A stretch of 64,000 nucleotides of DNA from Devosia sp. 67-54 (GCF_001899075.1 NZ_MKVA01000002.1:261468-325467), one strand, 5' to 3'. Shown: positions 40,006 through 51,330, counted from the stretch's first letter. Notes: generated by a model not told the origin, from the sequence alone. Made by a program: numbers and translations.

Positions 40006-41250
40006 ATGGGTGCCGCGACCATCCTTCATGCCGACCTCGATGCGTTCTATGCGTCGGTCGAGCAGATGCTCGATCCGCGCCTGCGCGGCCGGCCGATCGC
40101 GGTCGGCGGCGGGGTGGTGCTGGCGGCGTCGTACGAGGCCAAGCGCTTCGGGGTGCGCGGCGGCATGGGCGGGCGGCAGGCCAAGCAGCTTTGCCCCGAG
40201 CTGGTGTTCGTCAGCGGGCATTTCGACCGCTACCAGGCGCTGGGCGATGCGGCGATCAAGATCCTCGACGACTACACGCCGCTGGTCGAGCGCATCTCGA
40301 TCGACGAGGCGTTCGCCGACGTGGCGGGCACCGAGCATCTGTTCGGACCGCCGACCGAAATCGCGCGGCAGGTGCGGGCGCGGGTGAAGGCGGAGGTCGG
40401 GCTGCCGATCTCGGTGGGGGTGGCGCGCACCAAGCACCTGGCCAAGATCGGCTCGCAGGTGGCCAAGCCCGACGGGCTGGTGGTGATCGAGCCGGAGCGC
40501 GAGCTCGACTTCCTGCACGGATTGCCGGTCGAGCTGATGTGGGGCGTCGGGCCGGCGACCAAGGCGCGGCTGGCCGAGCAGGGGGTGCTCACCATCGGGC
40601 AATTGGCGCAGACTTCGGTGCATGCGCTGCAGCGGCTGCTGGGGCCGGCGGCGGGCGACAAGCTGGCGGCGCTGGCGTGGAACCGCGACCCGCGCGAGAT
40701 CGTGACGCAGCGCCGGGCGCATTCGGCGGGAGCGCAATCGGCGCTGGGGCGGAAGCCCGCGACCCTGAAGGTGGTGCGGCCGACGCTGCGGCACCTCGCC
40801 GACCGTATCGGTTCGCGGCTCCGGGCCAAGGCGCTGGCCGGGCGGACGGTGACGGTGCGGGTGCGCTTCGCCGATTTCACCGCGGTCACCCGGGCGGCGA
40901 CGCTGCCGGCGCCGATCGCGGCGACCACCACGCTGTCGGAGGTGGCGGAGGAGCTGGCGATGGGGGTGCTCGGCGACCATCCGGACGAGGGGGTGATCAC
41001 GCTGCTCGCCATCTCGGTGTCGCAGCTCGAACGACAGCCGCTGCTGCAGCTCGAGCTCAGCTTCGGCGGCGGAGACGAGGTGCGGCGGCCGGGGACGCGG
41101 ACCGGCGCGGCGCGCTGGAGCGCCGATCGCGCCATCGACCGCATCCGCGACCGCTTCGGGTGGGCGGCGATCGGCTATGGCGCGGTGGTGTTCGAGGCGC
41201 GGCACAGCGTGCCCGACGCCTTCCGGGCGCTGGCCGAGAAGGATTTGTAG
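40006..41250 (+). CDS. dinB: Y-family DNA polymerase IV
   Basis: 414-aa ORF. HADLDAFYASVEQ and SIDEAFADV catalytic acidic motifs, GVGPATKARL. SOS box 20 nt upstream. Confidence 0.9.
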   Translation: MGAATILHADLDAFYASVEQMLDPRLRGRPIAVGGGVVLAASYEAKRFGVRGGMGGRQAKQLCPELVFVSGHFDRYQALGDAAIKILDDYTPLVERISIDEAFADVAGTEHLFGPPTEIARQVRARVKAEVGLPISVGVARTKHLAKIGSQVAKPDGLVVIEPERELDFLHGLPVELMWGVGPATKARLAEQGVLTIGQLAQTSVHALQRLLGPAAGDKLAALAWNRDPREIVTQRRAHSAGAQSALGRKPATLKVVRPTLRHLADRIGSRLRAKALAGRTVTVRVRFADFTAVTRAATLPAPIAATTTLSEVAEELAMGVLGDHPDEGVITLLAISVSQLERQPLLQLELSFGGGDEVRRPGTRTGAARWSADRAIDRIRDRFGWAAIGYGAVVFEARHSVPDAFRALAEKDL

Positions 41251-41273
41251 CGGCGCGCGTCCCAAGGCGATTT

Positions 41274-41287
41274 GGAACGAACATTCC
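41274..41287. promoter_or_regulatory. IolR box GGAA-N6-TTCC upstream of the iolI-like/idhA operon
   Basis: GGAACGAACATTCC, about 90 nt upstream of the proposed TTG start at 41374. Confidence 0.6.
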
Positions 41288-41373
41288 GAGTTGACAACGC
41301 ACGGAACCGATGTTTCATCGAGCAGCGAAGAGACTGCCCCGGCGCCGCCGCAGGGCGGCGGGAGAGGGTCGCC

Positions 41374-42186
41374 TTGGCCGAGCACAGCCTGCGTTTCGCG
41401 CTCAATCACATGGTGGCGCCGCATCTGCCGCTGGCCGAGTTCTTCGCGCTGGCGCGGCGGCTGGGGCTGGCGGACGTCGAGATCCGCAACGACCTCGCCG
41501 GGCAGCCGCTGCCCGAGCCGGCGGAGGTGAAGCGGCTGGCGGCCGCCGCGGGCATCCGCATTCTCAGCATCAATGCGCTGCAGAAGTTCAACCATTGGAG
41601 CGCGGCGCGCGCCGCCGAAGCGACGGCGCTGGCGGAGTATTGCCGGGCGTGCGGGGCCGAGGCGCTGGTGCTAGTCGCGGCCAATGACGGCAGCGGCCGG
41701 GGCGAGAGCGAGCGGGTGCCGAACGCCATCGAGGCGCTACGCGGGCTGAAGCCGATTTTCGCAGCCGCGGGGATCGTCGGGCTGGTCGAATGCCTCGGCT
41801 TCGACGCCTGCTCGCTGCGCAAGAAGAGCGAGGCGGTGGCGGCGATCGATGCCGCGGGCGGGCGCGATGTGTTCCGGCTGACGCACGACACGTTCCACCA
41901 TCATCTGGCCGGCGAGGAGGCGCTGTTTCCCGAGCGCACCGGGCTGGTGCACATTTCGGGCGTCGAGGATGCGGCGCTGCCGGTATCCGACATGCGCGAC
42001 AGCCACCGGGTGCTGGTCGGGCCGAAGGACCGGCTGGGCAACATCGCGCAGCTCAAGGCGCTGCGCGCCGCCGGCTATGGCGGGCCGATCTCGTTCGAGC
42101 CGTTCGCGGCGGAGCTGCGGACGCTGCCCGATCCGGCGCGCGCCATCGCCGACAGCATGCAGTTCATCCGCGCCTGGCTGTCATAG
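41374..42186 (+). CDS. xylose-isomerase-like TIM-barrel protein, IolI-like (inosose isomerase family)
   Basis: Real part of track ORF 41272..42186. TTG at 41374 after GGAGAGG. LRFALNHMVAPHL...VEIRNDL, typical of rhizobial IolI-like proteins. Immediately upstream of idhA. Confidence 0.75.
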   Translation: MAEHSLRFALNHMVAPHLPLAEFFALARRLGLADVEIRNDLAGQPLPEPAEVKRLAAAAGIRILSINALQKFNHWSAARAAEATALAEYCRACGAEALVLVAANDGSGRGESERVPNAIEALRGLKPIFAAAGIVGLVECLGFDACSLRKKSEAVAAIDAAGGRDVFRLTHDTFHHHLAGEEALFPERTGLVHISGVEDAALPVSDMRDSHRVLVGPKDRLGNIAQLKALRAAGYGGPISFEPFAAELRTLPDPARAIADSMQFIRAWLS

Positions 42187-42237
42187 CCGGCACCGCCGCA
42201 GGAAATCCACGCTCCACCGACCGAAAGAGTTGAGATC

Positions 42238-43242
42238 ATGACCATCCGTTTCGCCCTCTTGGGCGCCGGCCGCATCGGCAAGGTTCATGCCAAGGCGATC
42301 ACCTCCAACCCCGCGGCCAGGCTGGTCGCCGTCGCCGACGCCATGGCGCCGGCGGCGCAGGCGATCGCCAGCCAGTATGGCTGCGAGGTGCGCAGCATCG
42401 AGGCCATCGCCGCTGCTAAGGACATCGATGCGGTGGTGATCTGCACGCCCACCGACACGCATGCCGACCTGATCGAGCAGTTCAGCACGGCCGGCAAGGC
42501 GATCTTCTGCGAAAAGCCGATCGACCTCAGCGTCAGGCGGGTGAAGGACTGCCTCAAGGTGGTGGCCGCCAACAAGACGACGCTGATGGTCGGGTTCAAC
42601 CGCCGGTTCGATCCGCATTTCATGGCGGTGCGCAAGGCGATCGACGCCGGCGAGATCGGCGAGGTGGAGATGGTGACCATCGTGTCGCGCGATCCCGGGG
42701 CGCCGCCGATCGAGTACGTCAAGCGCTCGGGCGGCATCTTCCGCGACATGACCATCCACGATTTCGACATGGCGCGGTTCCTGCTGGGCGAGGAGATCGA
42801 GACGGTATCGGCGCAGGCCTCGGTGCTGGTCGACCCGGCGATCGGCGAGGCCGGCGACTACGACAGCGTTTCAGTGATGCTGTCGACGGCGACCGGCAAG
42901 CACGCCACCATCTCCAATTCGCGCCGCGCCACCTATGGCTACGACCAGCGCATCGAGGTGCACGGCTCGGTCGGCTCGGTGGCGGCGGAGAACCAGCGCG
43001 CGGTGTCGATCGAGGTTGCCAACGCCCGCGGCTACACCCGGCCGCCGCTCTACGATTTCTTCATGACGCGCTACACGCAGGCCTATGCCAACGAGATCGC
43101 GACCTTCATCGACGCCATCGGCGGCAAGGCCAAGGCGTCGCCGAGCGGCGAGGACGGGCTGATCGCGCTGGCGCTGGCCGACGCGGCGGTGACGTCGGTG
43201 AAGGAGGGACGGGCGGTGAAGGTGAGCGAGGTGCTGGGGTAG
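42238..43242 (+). CDS. idhA: myo-inositol 2-dehydrogenase
   Basis: 334-aa ORF. IRFALLGAGRIGKVHA, FCEKPI, GFNRRFDP, IHDFDM. Sits in the iol locus. Confidence 0.88.
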   Translation: MTIRFALLGAGRIGKVHAKAITSNPAARLVAVADAMAPAAQAIASQYGCEVRSIEAIAAAKDIDAVVICTPTDTHADLIEQFSTAGKAIFCEKPIDLSVRRVKDCLKVVAANKTTLMVGFNRRFDPHFMAVRKAIDAGEIGEVEMVTIVSRDPGAPPIEYVKRSGGIFRDMTIHDFDMARFLLGEEIETVSAQASVLVDPAIGEAGDYDSVSVMLSTATGKHATISNSRRATYGYDQRIEVHGSVGSVAAENQRAVSIEVANARGYTRPPLYDFFMTRYTQAYANEIATFIDAIGGKAKASPSGEDGLIALALADAAVTSVKEGRAVKVSEVLG

Positions 43243-43382
43243 GGGCCCATATGGCCCTCACCGGCGCTACGCGCCACCCTCTCCCCGGAGGGGAGAGGGG
43301 AGGAAGCATCGAGCATCGGTCGGCACTCCCCTCTCCCCTCCGGGGAGAGGGTGCCTCGCGTAGCGAGGCGGGTGAGGGGCCG
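43243..43382. repeat. large composite palindrome made of two inverted family-B units
   Basis: CCCTCACCGGCGCTACGCGCCACCCTCTCCCCGGAGGGGAGAGGGG ... CCCCTCTCCCCTCCGGGGAGAGGGTGCCTCGCGTAGCGAGGCGGGTGAGGG, between convergent idhA and iolB. Confidence 0.8.
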
Positions 43383-43389
43383 GATTGTT

Positions 43390-44184
43390 CTATTTCAGCA
43401 GCCACTCATGCTCTTTGGCGTTGTGGAATTTCCAGGTGCGCTTCGGGCCGGCCATGGTGTTGAGGTAGTAGAGGTCGTAGCCGTGCACGGTGGCGACGGG
43501 GTGGTAGCCGCGCGGCACCAGCGTCACGTCGCCGTCCTCGACCGCGAGCGCTTCGTCAAGTGCGCGGTCGTCGGTGTAGACGCGCTGCAGGGCAAAGCCC
43601 TGCGGCGGGTTGAGACGGTGGTAGTAGGTTTCCTCGAGCAGCGATTCGTGCGGCAGGTTGTCGGTGTCGTGCTTGTGCGGCGGGTAGGACGAGGTGTTGC
43701 CGCCCGGGGTGATCACCTCCACCACCAGCAGCGAATGGGCCGGATCGCCCTCGGGCAGGATGTCGGTGACGTAGCGGGTGTTACTGCCCTTGCCGCGCGT
43801 GATCTGCGCGTGGGTGCCGGGCGGAATGATTCGTGCCGGATAGGAGCCGCCGCCGGGGGCGGTGCACACGGCCAGCGTCAGGTCGGTGGTGGCGGTGACG
43901 TTCCATTCGGCGCCGGCGGGCACGTAGATCGCCCAGGGGGCGCCGTCGAAGGGCGACATGCGCTGGCCCAGCTCGCCGAGCTCCCTGCCGTCGACGGCGA
44001 CCTTGCCCTTGCCGCTGACGAACACCAGGCAGACCTCGCGGTCGTCCCTGCCGCCCCTGACGAAGTCGGGCGGCTCGAGCTCCCACAGATCGAAGCCGAC
44101 ATAGGTCCAGCCGGCCGATTGCGGGGTGACGTGGTGGCGGCGCTCGCCGTCGCCGCGGGTGGGACGGAGGCGCAGCTCAGCCAT
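43390..44184 (-). CDS. iolB: 5-deoxy-glucuronate isomerase
   Basis: 264-aa ORF. SSYPPHKHD, EETYYH, VPRGYHPV cupin motifs of IolB. Confidence 0.9.
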   Translation of the reverse strand: MAELRLRPTRGDGERRHHVTPQSAGWTYVGFDLWELEPPDFVRGGRDDREVCLVFVSGKGKVAVDGRELGELGQRMSPFDGAPWAIYVPAGAEWNVTATTDLTLAVCTAPGGGSYPARIIPPGTHAQITRGKGSNTRYVTDILPEGDPAHSLLVVEVITPGGNTSSYPPHKHDTDNLPHESLLEETYYHRLNPPQGFALQRVYTDDRALDEALAVEDGDVTLVPRGYHPVATVHGYDLYYLNTMAGPKRTWKFHNAKEHEWLLK

Positions 44185-45094
44185 TGGGGAACCCCTGGGT
44201 TTCGACCTCGTAGCCGGCGGCGGTCATCACCCGCATCAGCTCCTTGTGGCCGACCTGCGCCATGCGGAGCGGCGGATTCTTCTTGGGGTCCTGCTCGGCC
44301 TCGACCACGAACCAGCCTTCATAGCCGTGATCGGCGAAGCGTTGGACGATGGCGCCGAAATCGAGCGAGCCGTCGCCGGGCACGGTGAAGGCGCCGAGCG
44401 CCACGGCGTCGAGGAAGCTCTGTCTGGTGCGGTCGAGCGCGTCGATCACCGGGCGGCGGATGTCCTTGACGTGCACGTGGTTGATGCGGGCGTGGTGGTG
44501 GTCGATGGCGCGCAGCACGTCGCCGCCGGCAAAGGCCAGATGGCCGGCATCGAGCAGCAGCGGAATGCCGGGACCGGAATAGCGCATGAAGGCGTCGAGC
44601 TCGGGCTCGGTCTCGACCACGGCCGCCATGTGGTGGTGGTAGCTCAGCGGCATGCCCTGCTCGGCGGCCCATTCGCCGAAGGCGGTGACCTTCCGGGCGT
44701 AGGCCCGCATCTCGTCGTCGCTGAGCTTCGGCTTGGTCGCGAGCGGCTTGCTGCGGTCGCCCTGGATGGAGCGGCCGACCTCGCCATAGACGATGCAGGG
44801 GGCGTTCACCGCCTTGAACAGCTCGATCATCGGGGCGATGCGGTCCTTGTTGGCCGCCAGCTCCTCGTCGACCAGCGTGCCCGAGAACCAGCCGCCGCAC
44901 AGCGTCACGTCGGCGGCGCGCAGGATGGGCAGCATCACCGCCGGGTCGTCGGGGAAGCGGCGGCCCTTTTCCATGCCGGTGAAGCCGGCCGAGCGCGACT
45001 GGCGCAGGCATTCCTCCAGCGACACGTCGTCGCTCAGTTCCACCAGATCGTCGTTCCACCAGGCGATGGGCGACATGCCCAGTTTGGCTTTCAT
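44177..45094 (-). CDS. iolE: myo-inosose-2 dehydratase
   Basis: 305-aa ORF. MKAKLGMSPIAWWNDDL, LSYHHHM, HVHVKD. An IolE-typical sequence. Confidence 0.9.
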   Translation of the reverse strand: MKAKLGMSPIAWWNDDLVELSDDVSLEECLRQSRSAGFTGMEKGRRFPDDPAVMLPILRAADVTLCGGWFSGTLVDEELAANKDRIAPMIELFKAVNAPCIVYGEVGRSIQGDRSKPLATKPKLSDDEMRAYARKVTAFGEWAAEQGMPLSYHHHMAAVVETEPELDAFMRYSGPGIPLLLDAGHLAFAGGDVLRAIDHHHARINHVHVKDIRRPVIDALDRTRQSFLDAVALGAFTVPGDGSLDFGAIVQRFADHGYEGWFVVEAEQDPKKNPPLRMAQVGHKELMRVMTAAGYEVETQGFPNG

Positions 45095-45136
45095 CTTTTC
45101 GTCCCTGTGTTCATCTGCACTGATCCCAGCTCAGAT

Positions 45137-45216
45137 GTCATCCCCGCGAAAGCGGGGATCCATTTATCGTTTTGTGCCAGCGGTGGGTTGGGTCCCCGCT
45201 TTCGCGGGGATGACAC
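45137..45216. repeat. inverted pair of GTCATCCCCGCGAAAGCGGGGATCC hairpin units (family D)
   Basis: 45137..45161 and its reverse complement at 45191..45216, between iolD and iolE. Confidence 0.8.
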
Positions 45217-45241
45217 CGTGGAACTGGCGAAGTCGCCGAGA

Positions 45242-47083
<1,842 letters not shown>

Positions 47084-47105
47084 GGTGTCGTCCTTCATCC
47101 CCAAG

Positions 47106-47135
47106 GTGTCATCCCCGCCGTCGCGGAGATGACAC
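47106..47135. repeat. degenerate family-D hairpin
   Basis: GTGTCATC-CCCGCCGTCGCGGA-GATGACAC (8-bp outer stem), between iolC and iolD. Confidence 0.6.
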
Positions 47136-47152
47136 TCGGTCGGTCAATCATA

Positions 47153-49081
47153 TCAGGCCGCGGCGGTGGTGCCGAGGCGTTGCCAGATTTCGGTCAGCGC
47201 TTCGAAGCGGCGGGCCATGTCGGCGACGGCTTCGGCGTCGCTGATGCCGCCGGCGAGCCAGGCGCGGGCGGCGTCGCCGAAGATGGTGCGGCCGACGGCG
47301 AAGCCCTTCACGGTGCGGGCGCTCCGCGCGGCGGCGAAGCCCTGCTCCAGCACGTCCTGCGGCGAATCGAGGCCGAGCAGCACGACGCCGCGACAATAGG
47401 GGTCGCGCGTCTCGATGATGCGGTCGATCTCCTGCCAGGCGCGGCGGCTGGCCTGCGGCTCGAGCTTCCACCAATCGGGCTTGAGGCCGGCATCGTAGAG
47501 CTCGCCGAGCACGCGCGACACGGTGGTGTCGCCGAGCGCGCCGTTCTTGCCGGCGATGATCTCGATCAGCAGCTCGCGGCCGATCTTGCGGGCGGCGTCA
47601 TAGGCCTGGCGCAGCTTGTCGGTCTGCGCGCGCTTGAGCTCGGCCGGATCGTCCGGGTGGTAGAAGCACAGCACCTTGATGCAGTGGTCGACGGGCCAGT
47701 CGACGAGGCGGCTGCCGAGGTCCTGGGTGAACTCGAAGCGCAGCGGCCGGCTCGCCGGCTGCTCGATCGGCTTGGCGATCCAGAAATTGCGCTGCCGGGC
47801 GGCGTCGAACAGCGCGTCGCGGCCGTAGCGGTCGTCGAGCAGCATGCCGTAGCCGGGCCGGCCCCTGGCCACCCGCGCCGCGGCCTCGACCGCGAGCTGC
47901 TTGAACCTGCCGAGCCTTTCCGGCGTGGCGCCGGGCAGCTCCTCGAGCTGGGCGCGGTGGTCGATGGCGAGCGCCATCAGCGCCGGCCAGTCGGTGCGCC
48001 GCGTGGTGGCCCAGTGCAGGTGGTTGAGCGCCTCGTCCTTGCGCAGGGCCTTTTCGGTGCTGCCGTGCTCGAGGAAGAAGCTCAGCTCCTGCCAGGTGGG
48101 ATATTCGGGGGCGCAGAGCAGGCGCGACACCGCGAAGGCGCCGCAGGCATTGGCCCAGGTGGCGGAGGTGGCATGCGGCTCGCCCTTCAGCCAGCCGCGC
48201 AGGAAGCCGGACATGAAGGCGTCGCCGGCGCCGAGCACGTTGTAGACCTCGATGGGGAAGCCCTTGCCGACGATGCCCTGTTCGAGGTCGCCGGGGATCG
48301 GACCGTCATAGACGATGCAGCCCATGGCGCCGCGCTTCAGCACGATGGTGGCGGCGGTGAGCCTGCGGATGGTCCTGAGCGCGCTCGGCAGGTCCGAGGT
48401 GCCGGCGGCGATGGCGATCTCCTCCTCGGTGCCGACCACGAGGTCGGTGTCGGGCAGCACCGACTGGTATTCGCGAGTGACGCGGTCGGAGGCGACGTAG
48501 CGCTCGAAGCCGGCGGCGTGGCCGGCGAGGCCCCAGAGATTGGGGCGGTAGTCGATGTCGAACACCACCTTGCCGCCATGCGCCCGGGCGAGGCGGATGG
48601 CCTTCTTCTGCGCGGCGGCGGCGTTGGCGGTGGAAAAATGCGTGCCGGTGACGACGATGGCGCGGGCCGAGGCGACGAAGCTCTCGTCGATGTCGGCTTC
48701 CTCGAGCGCCATGTCGGCGCAGTCGGTGCGGTAAAAGATCATCGGCGAGACGCCTTCGGCCTCGACCGCCAGCAGCACCAGGGCGGTCAGCCGGTGCTCG
48801 TCGGTGACGATGCCGCGGGTCTCGACGCCGTCGCGGGCGAGCTGCTCCTTGATGAAGCCGCCCATCTGCTCGGCGCCGACGCGGGTCAGCAGCGCCGATC
48901 TGAGGCCGAGCCGCGCCGTGCCGACGGCGATGTTGGCCGGGCAGCCGCCGACCGATTTGGCGAAGCTGCCGATATCCTCGAGCCGGGTACCGATCTGCTG
49001 GCCGTAGAGGTCGACGGACGCGCGGCCGATGGTGATGACATCGAGCGGCCGCCCGCTCACGTCCTCGCGCATCCCTGTCAC
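47153..49081 (-). CDS. iolC: bifunctional 5-dehydro-2-deoxygluconokinase / DUF2090-type aldolase domain protein
   Basis: 642-aa ORF. GTG start with AGGAGG 6 nt upstream. N-terminal PfkB kinase (GAGDAF) plus a C-terminal ~300-aa extension, as in rhizobial IolC. Confidence 0.88.
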   Translation of the reverse strand: MTGMREDVSGRPLDVITIGRASVDLYGQQIGTRLEDIGSFAKSVGGCPANIAVGTARLGLRSALLTRVGAEQMGGFIKEQLARDGVETRGIVTDEHRLTALVLLAVEAEGVSPMIFYRTDCADMALEEADIDESFVASARAIVVTGTHFSTANAAAAQKKAIRLARAHGGKVVFDIDYRPNLWGLAGHAAGFERYVASDRVTREYQSVLPDTDLVVGTEEEIAIAAGTSDLPSALRTIRRLTAATIVLKRGAMGCIVYDGPIPGDLEQGIVGKGFPIEVYNVLGAGDAFMSGFLRGWLKGEPHATSATWANACGAFAVSRLLCAPEYPTWQELSFFLEHGSTEKALRKDEALNHLHWATTRRTDWPALMALAIDHRAQLEELPGATPERLGRFKQLAVEAAARVARGRPGYGMLLDDRYGRDALFDAARQRNFWIAKPIEQPASRPLRFEFTQDLGSRLVDWPVDHCIKVLCFYHPDDPAELKRAQTDKLRQAYDAARKIGRELLIEIIAGKNGALGDTTVSRVLGELYDAGLKPDWWKLEPQASRRAWQEIDRIIETRDPYCRGVVLLGLDSPQDVLEQGFAAARSARTVKGFAVGRTIFGDAARAWLAGGISDAEAVADMARRFEALTEIWQRLGTTAAA

Positions 49082-49182
49082 CTTACGCCTCCTGCCATCC
49101 GCGCCGATCCCTGGCGCGGGCCTTGCCGGTGCTTAGCACCATCCGCCCAAACGAAATAGAGGTTCTGATGTGTAGTCAATAT

Positions 49183-49196
49183 GGAATTTTCATTCC
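49183..49196. promoter_or_regulatory. IolR box GGAA-N6-TTCC upstream of iolC
   Basis: GGAATTTTCATTCC (extended palindrome TGGAATTTTCATTCCA), about 100 nt upstream of the iolC start. Confidence 0.65.
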
Positions 49197-49262
49197 AAAT
49201 AGCTCATAAGCAGGCAGCCGGCGTCGCGCCGCGTCCCGAAAGATTCCATGTGCTTCCTGCAA

Positions 49263-50114
49263 TCAGCGGCCGGATTTCTGCCTGCGGGCTTCGGCGACGC
49301 CCACCGTCAGCGCCATGGCGAAGGCCATGCTGGCCGACAGCGAGCGGAAGCCGGCATGGTCGGCCTCGACCACCTCGAACCAGATGCGCGAGCATTCGGC
49401 CAGCGGCGAAAACGCCGAATCGGTCAGCGACACGACGGGGACGCCGCGGTCGGCCATGGCGCGGGCCTGCGCCGCGCTTTCCGAGGCATAGGGCGAAAAG
49501 CTGACGGCGAAGGCCGCGTCCCTGGGACCGGCGAGCGCCAGCACGTCGTCGTCGATGCCGGCGGCGGTGCCCACGGCGATGCATTTCACCCGGAGCTTGC
49601 CGAAGGCGTAGGCCATGTAGGAGCTGATCGGGTAGCTGCGCCGCTTGGCGATGAGGAAGATGGTCTGCGCCCCCGCCAACAGCTCCACGGCGCGCTCGAA
49701 GGCGGCCGGGTCGACCGCCTGGCTCAGGGCGTTGAGCGAGCGGTGTCCGGCATTGATGAAGCCGTTGAGGATGGCGACGCTTTCGGGCACCGCGGTGCTG
49801 TCCTGCTCGAGCAGGCGCAGGCGCTCCTCATAGGTCGAATTGCGCTCCATGAGGCGGGCGCGGAAGATCTGCTGCAGGCTGGAAAAGCCTTCAAAGCCAA
49901 ATTGCTGCGCGAAGCGGACGAGGGTCGAGGGCTGCACGCTGGCGGCGCCGGCGATGCTGGCGGCGGTGCGGAAGGCGATCTCGTCGGGGTTGTCCAGCGC
50001 ATAGGCCGCGACCTGCGTCAGCCGCTTGGGCAAGCTGGCCTTGCGCTCGAGAATCGCGGCGCGCAACTCATCGAAGTCCTTGGGCGCGACATCGGGCGTT
50101 TCGGGCACGGACAT
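49263..50114 (-). CDS. iolR: RpiR-family repressor of inositol catabolism
   Basis: Track ORF 49263..50186 trimmed to the ATG at 50114 (MSVPETPDV...). HTH + SIS domain. Position directly upstream of iolCDEB, as in Sinorhizobium. Confidence 0.8.
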   Translation of the reverse strand: MSVPETPDVAPKDFDELRAAILERKASLPKRLTQVAAYALDNPDEIAFRTAASIAGAASVQPSTLVRFAQQFGFEGFSSLQQIFRARLMERNSTYEERLRLLEQDSTAVPESVAILNGFINAGHRSLNALSQAVDPAAFERAVELLAGAQTIFLIAKRRSYPISSYMAYAFGKLRVKCIAVGTAAGIDDDVLALAGPRDAAFAVSFSPYASESAAQARAMADRGVPVVSLTDSAFSPLAECSRIWFEVVEADHAGFRSLSASMAFAMALTVGVAEARRQKSGR

Positions 50115-50152
50115 GCCGTCCTTTCCGCCCTGTTTCCCATGCAACGTCAAGT

Positions 50153-50166
50153 GGAAAGGGCGTTCT
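50153..50166. promoter_or_regulatory. imperfect IolR-like box (GGAA-N6-TTCT) in the iolR / oxidoreductase divergent region
   Basis: GGAAAGGGCGTTCT. One mismatch to the consensus. Confidence 0.3.
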
Positions 50167-50197
50167 GTTTCGCAATGAATCGGCACGGGAGAGAGTT

Positions 50198-51322
50198 ATG
50201 AACAGCATCGGCGTCGGCCTCATCGGCACGGGCTATATGGGCAAGTGTCACGCGCTGGCGTGGACCGGCGTGCACGCCGTATTCGGCGACGGGCCGGCCG
50301 TGCGGCTGGAGCATCTGGTGGAGGTGACGCCGGAGCTCGCGGCACAGCGCGCCGGCGCGTTCGGCTTTGCGCGATCGGGCACCGACTGGCGGGCCCTGGT
50401 GGCGGATCCGGCAGTCGACGTGGTGTCGATCACCACGCCCAACCAGTTCCATGCCGAGATGGCGACCGCGGCGCTCGAAGCGGGCAAGCATGTGTGGTGC
50501 GAAAAGCCGATGGCGACGCGCCTCGGCGACGCGCAGCGCATGGCCGAGGCGGCGAAGGCGTCGGGCCGCGTCACGGTGCTGGGCTACAACTACATCCAGA
50601 ACCCGATGGTGCGGCAGATCGAGGCGCTGCTGCGCGACGGCACGATCGGCCGGGTGAACCATGTGCGCGTCGAGATGGACGAAGATTTCATGGCCGATCC
50701 GAGCGCGGCGTTCGGCTTCAAGAGCGACAAGGCCTCGGGGCACGGGGCGCTCGACGATTTCGGCGTGCATCCGCTGTCGCTGCTGCAGGTGCTGTTCGGC
50801 GATGTGCAGCGCGTCGTCTGCCACCAGGCCAAGCCCTATGCGACGCGGCCGCTCAAGGACGGCACGCCGCGCGCCGCCGAGACGCATGACATCGCCGACG
50901 CGCTGTTCGAGCTTCAGGGCGGCATCTCCGGCGTGCTGGCGCTCAACCGCAGCGCCTGGGGCCGCAAGGGACGCATCGCGCTGCAGATCTACGGCGACAA
51001 GGGGGCGCTGGTGTTCGACCAGGAGCGCTTCAACGAGCTGCAGCTCTATACCGCGGACGGGCCGGCCGAGACGCGCGGCTTCCGCACCATCCTCGCGGCG
51101 CCGGCGCATCCGCCCTATGACCGCTTCATCCCGGCGCCCGGCCACGGGCTCGGCTTCAACGATCTCAAGATCATCGAATGCCACGAGCTGCTCAACCGCA
51201 TCACCGGCAAGCCGGCGCGGGTGATCGATTTCGAGGCGGGGCTGCGGATCGAGCGCACGGTGGCGGCGATGGCGCGCTCGAGCGAGACGGGGAGCTGGGT
51301 GGAGGTGGGGACGGGTGGCTGA
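50198..51322 (+). CDS. Gfo/Idh/MocA-family oxidoreductase (position equivalent to Sinorhizobium iolY)
   Basis: 374-aa ORF. GVGLIGTGYMGKCHA, VWCEKPMA. Divergent from iolR. Confidence 0.85.
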   Translation: MNSIGVGLIGTGYMGKCHALAWTGVHAVFGDGPAVRLEHLVEVTPELAAQRAGAFGFARSGTDWRALVADPAVDVVSITTPNQFHAEMATAALEAGKHVWCEKPMATRLGDAQRMAEAAKASGRVTVLGYNYIQNPMVRQIEALLRDGTIGRVNHVRVEMDEDFMADPSAAFGFKSDKASGHGALDDFGVHPLSLLQVLFGDVQRVVCHQAKPYATRPLKDGTPRAAETHDIADALFELQGGISGVLALNRSAWGRKGRIALQIYGDKGALVFDQERFNELQLYTADGPAETRGFRTILAAPAHPPYDRFIPAPGHGLGFNDLKIIECHELLNRITGKPARVIDFEAGLRIERTVAAMARSSETGSWVEVGTGG

Positions 51323-51330
51323 GGGAAAGG

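Noticed and set aside
49181-49504. Plus-strand ORF of 107 aa beginning in the iolC/iolR gap
   Set aside because: It overlaps iolR antisense, is Arg/Pro-rich and has no SD. The gap is better explained by the IolR operator and the iolC promoter.
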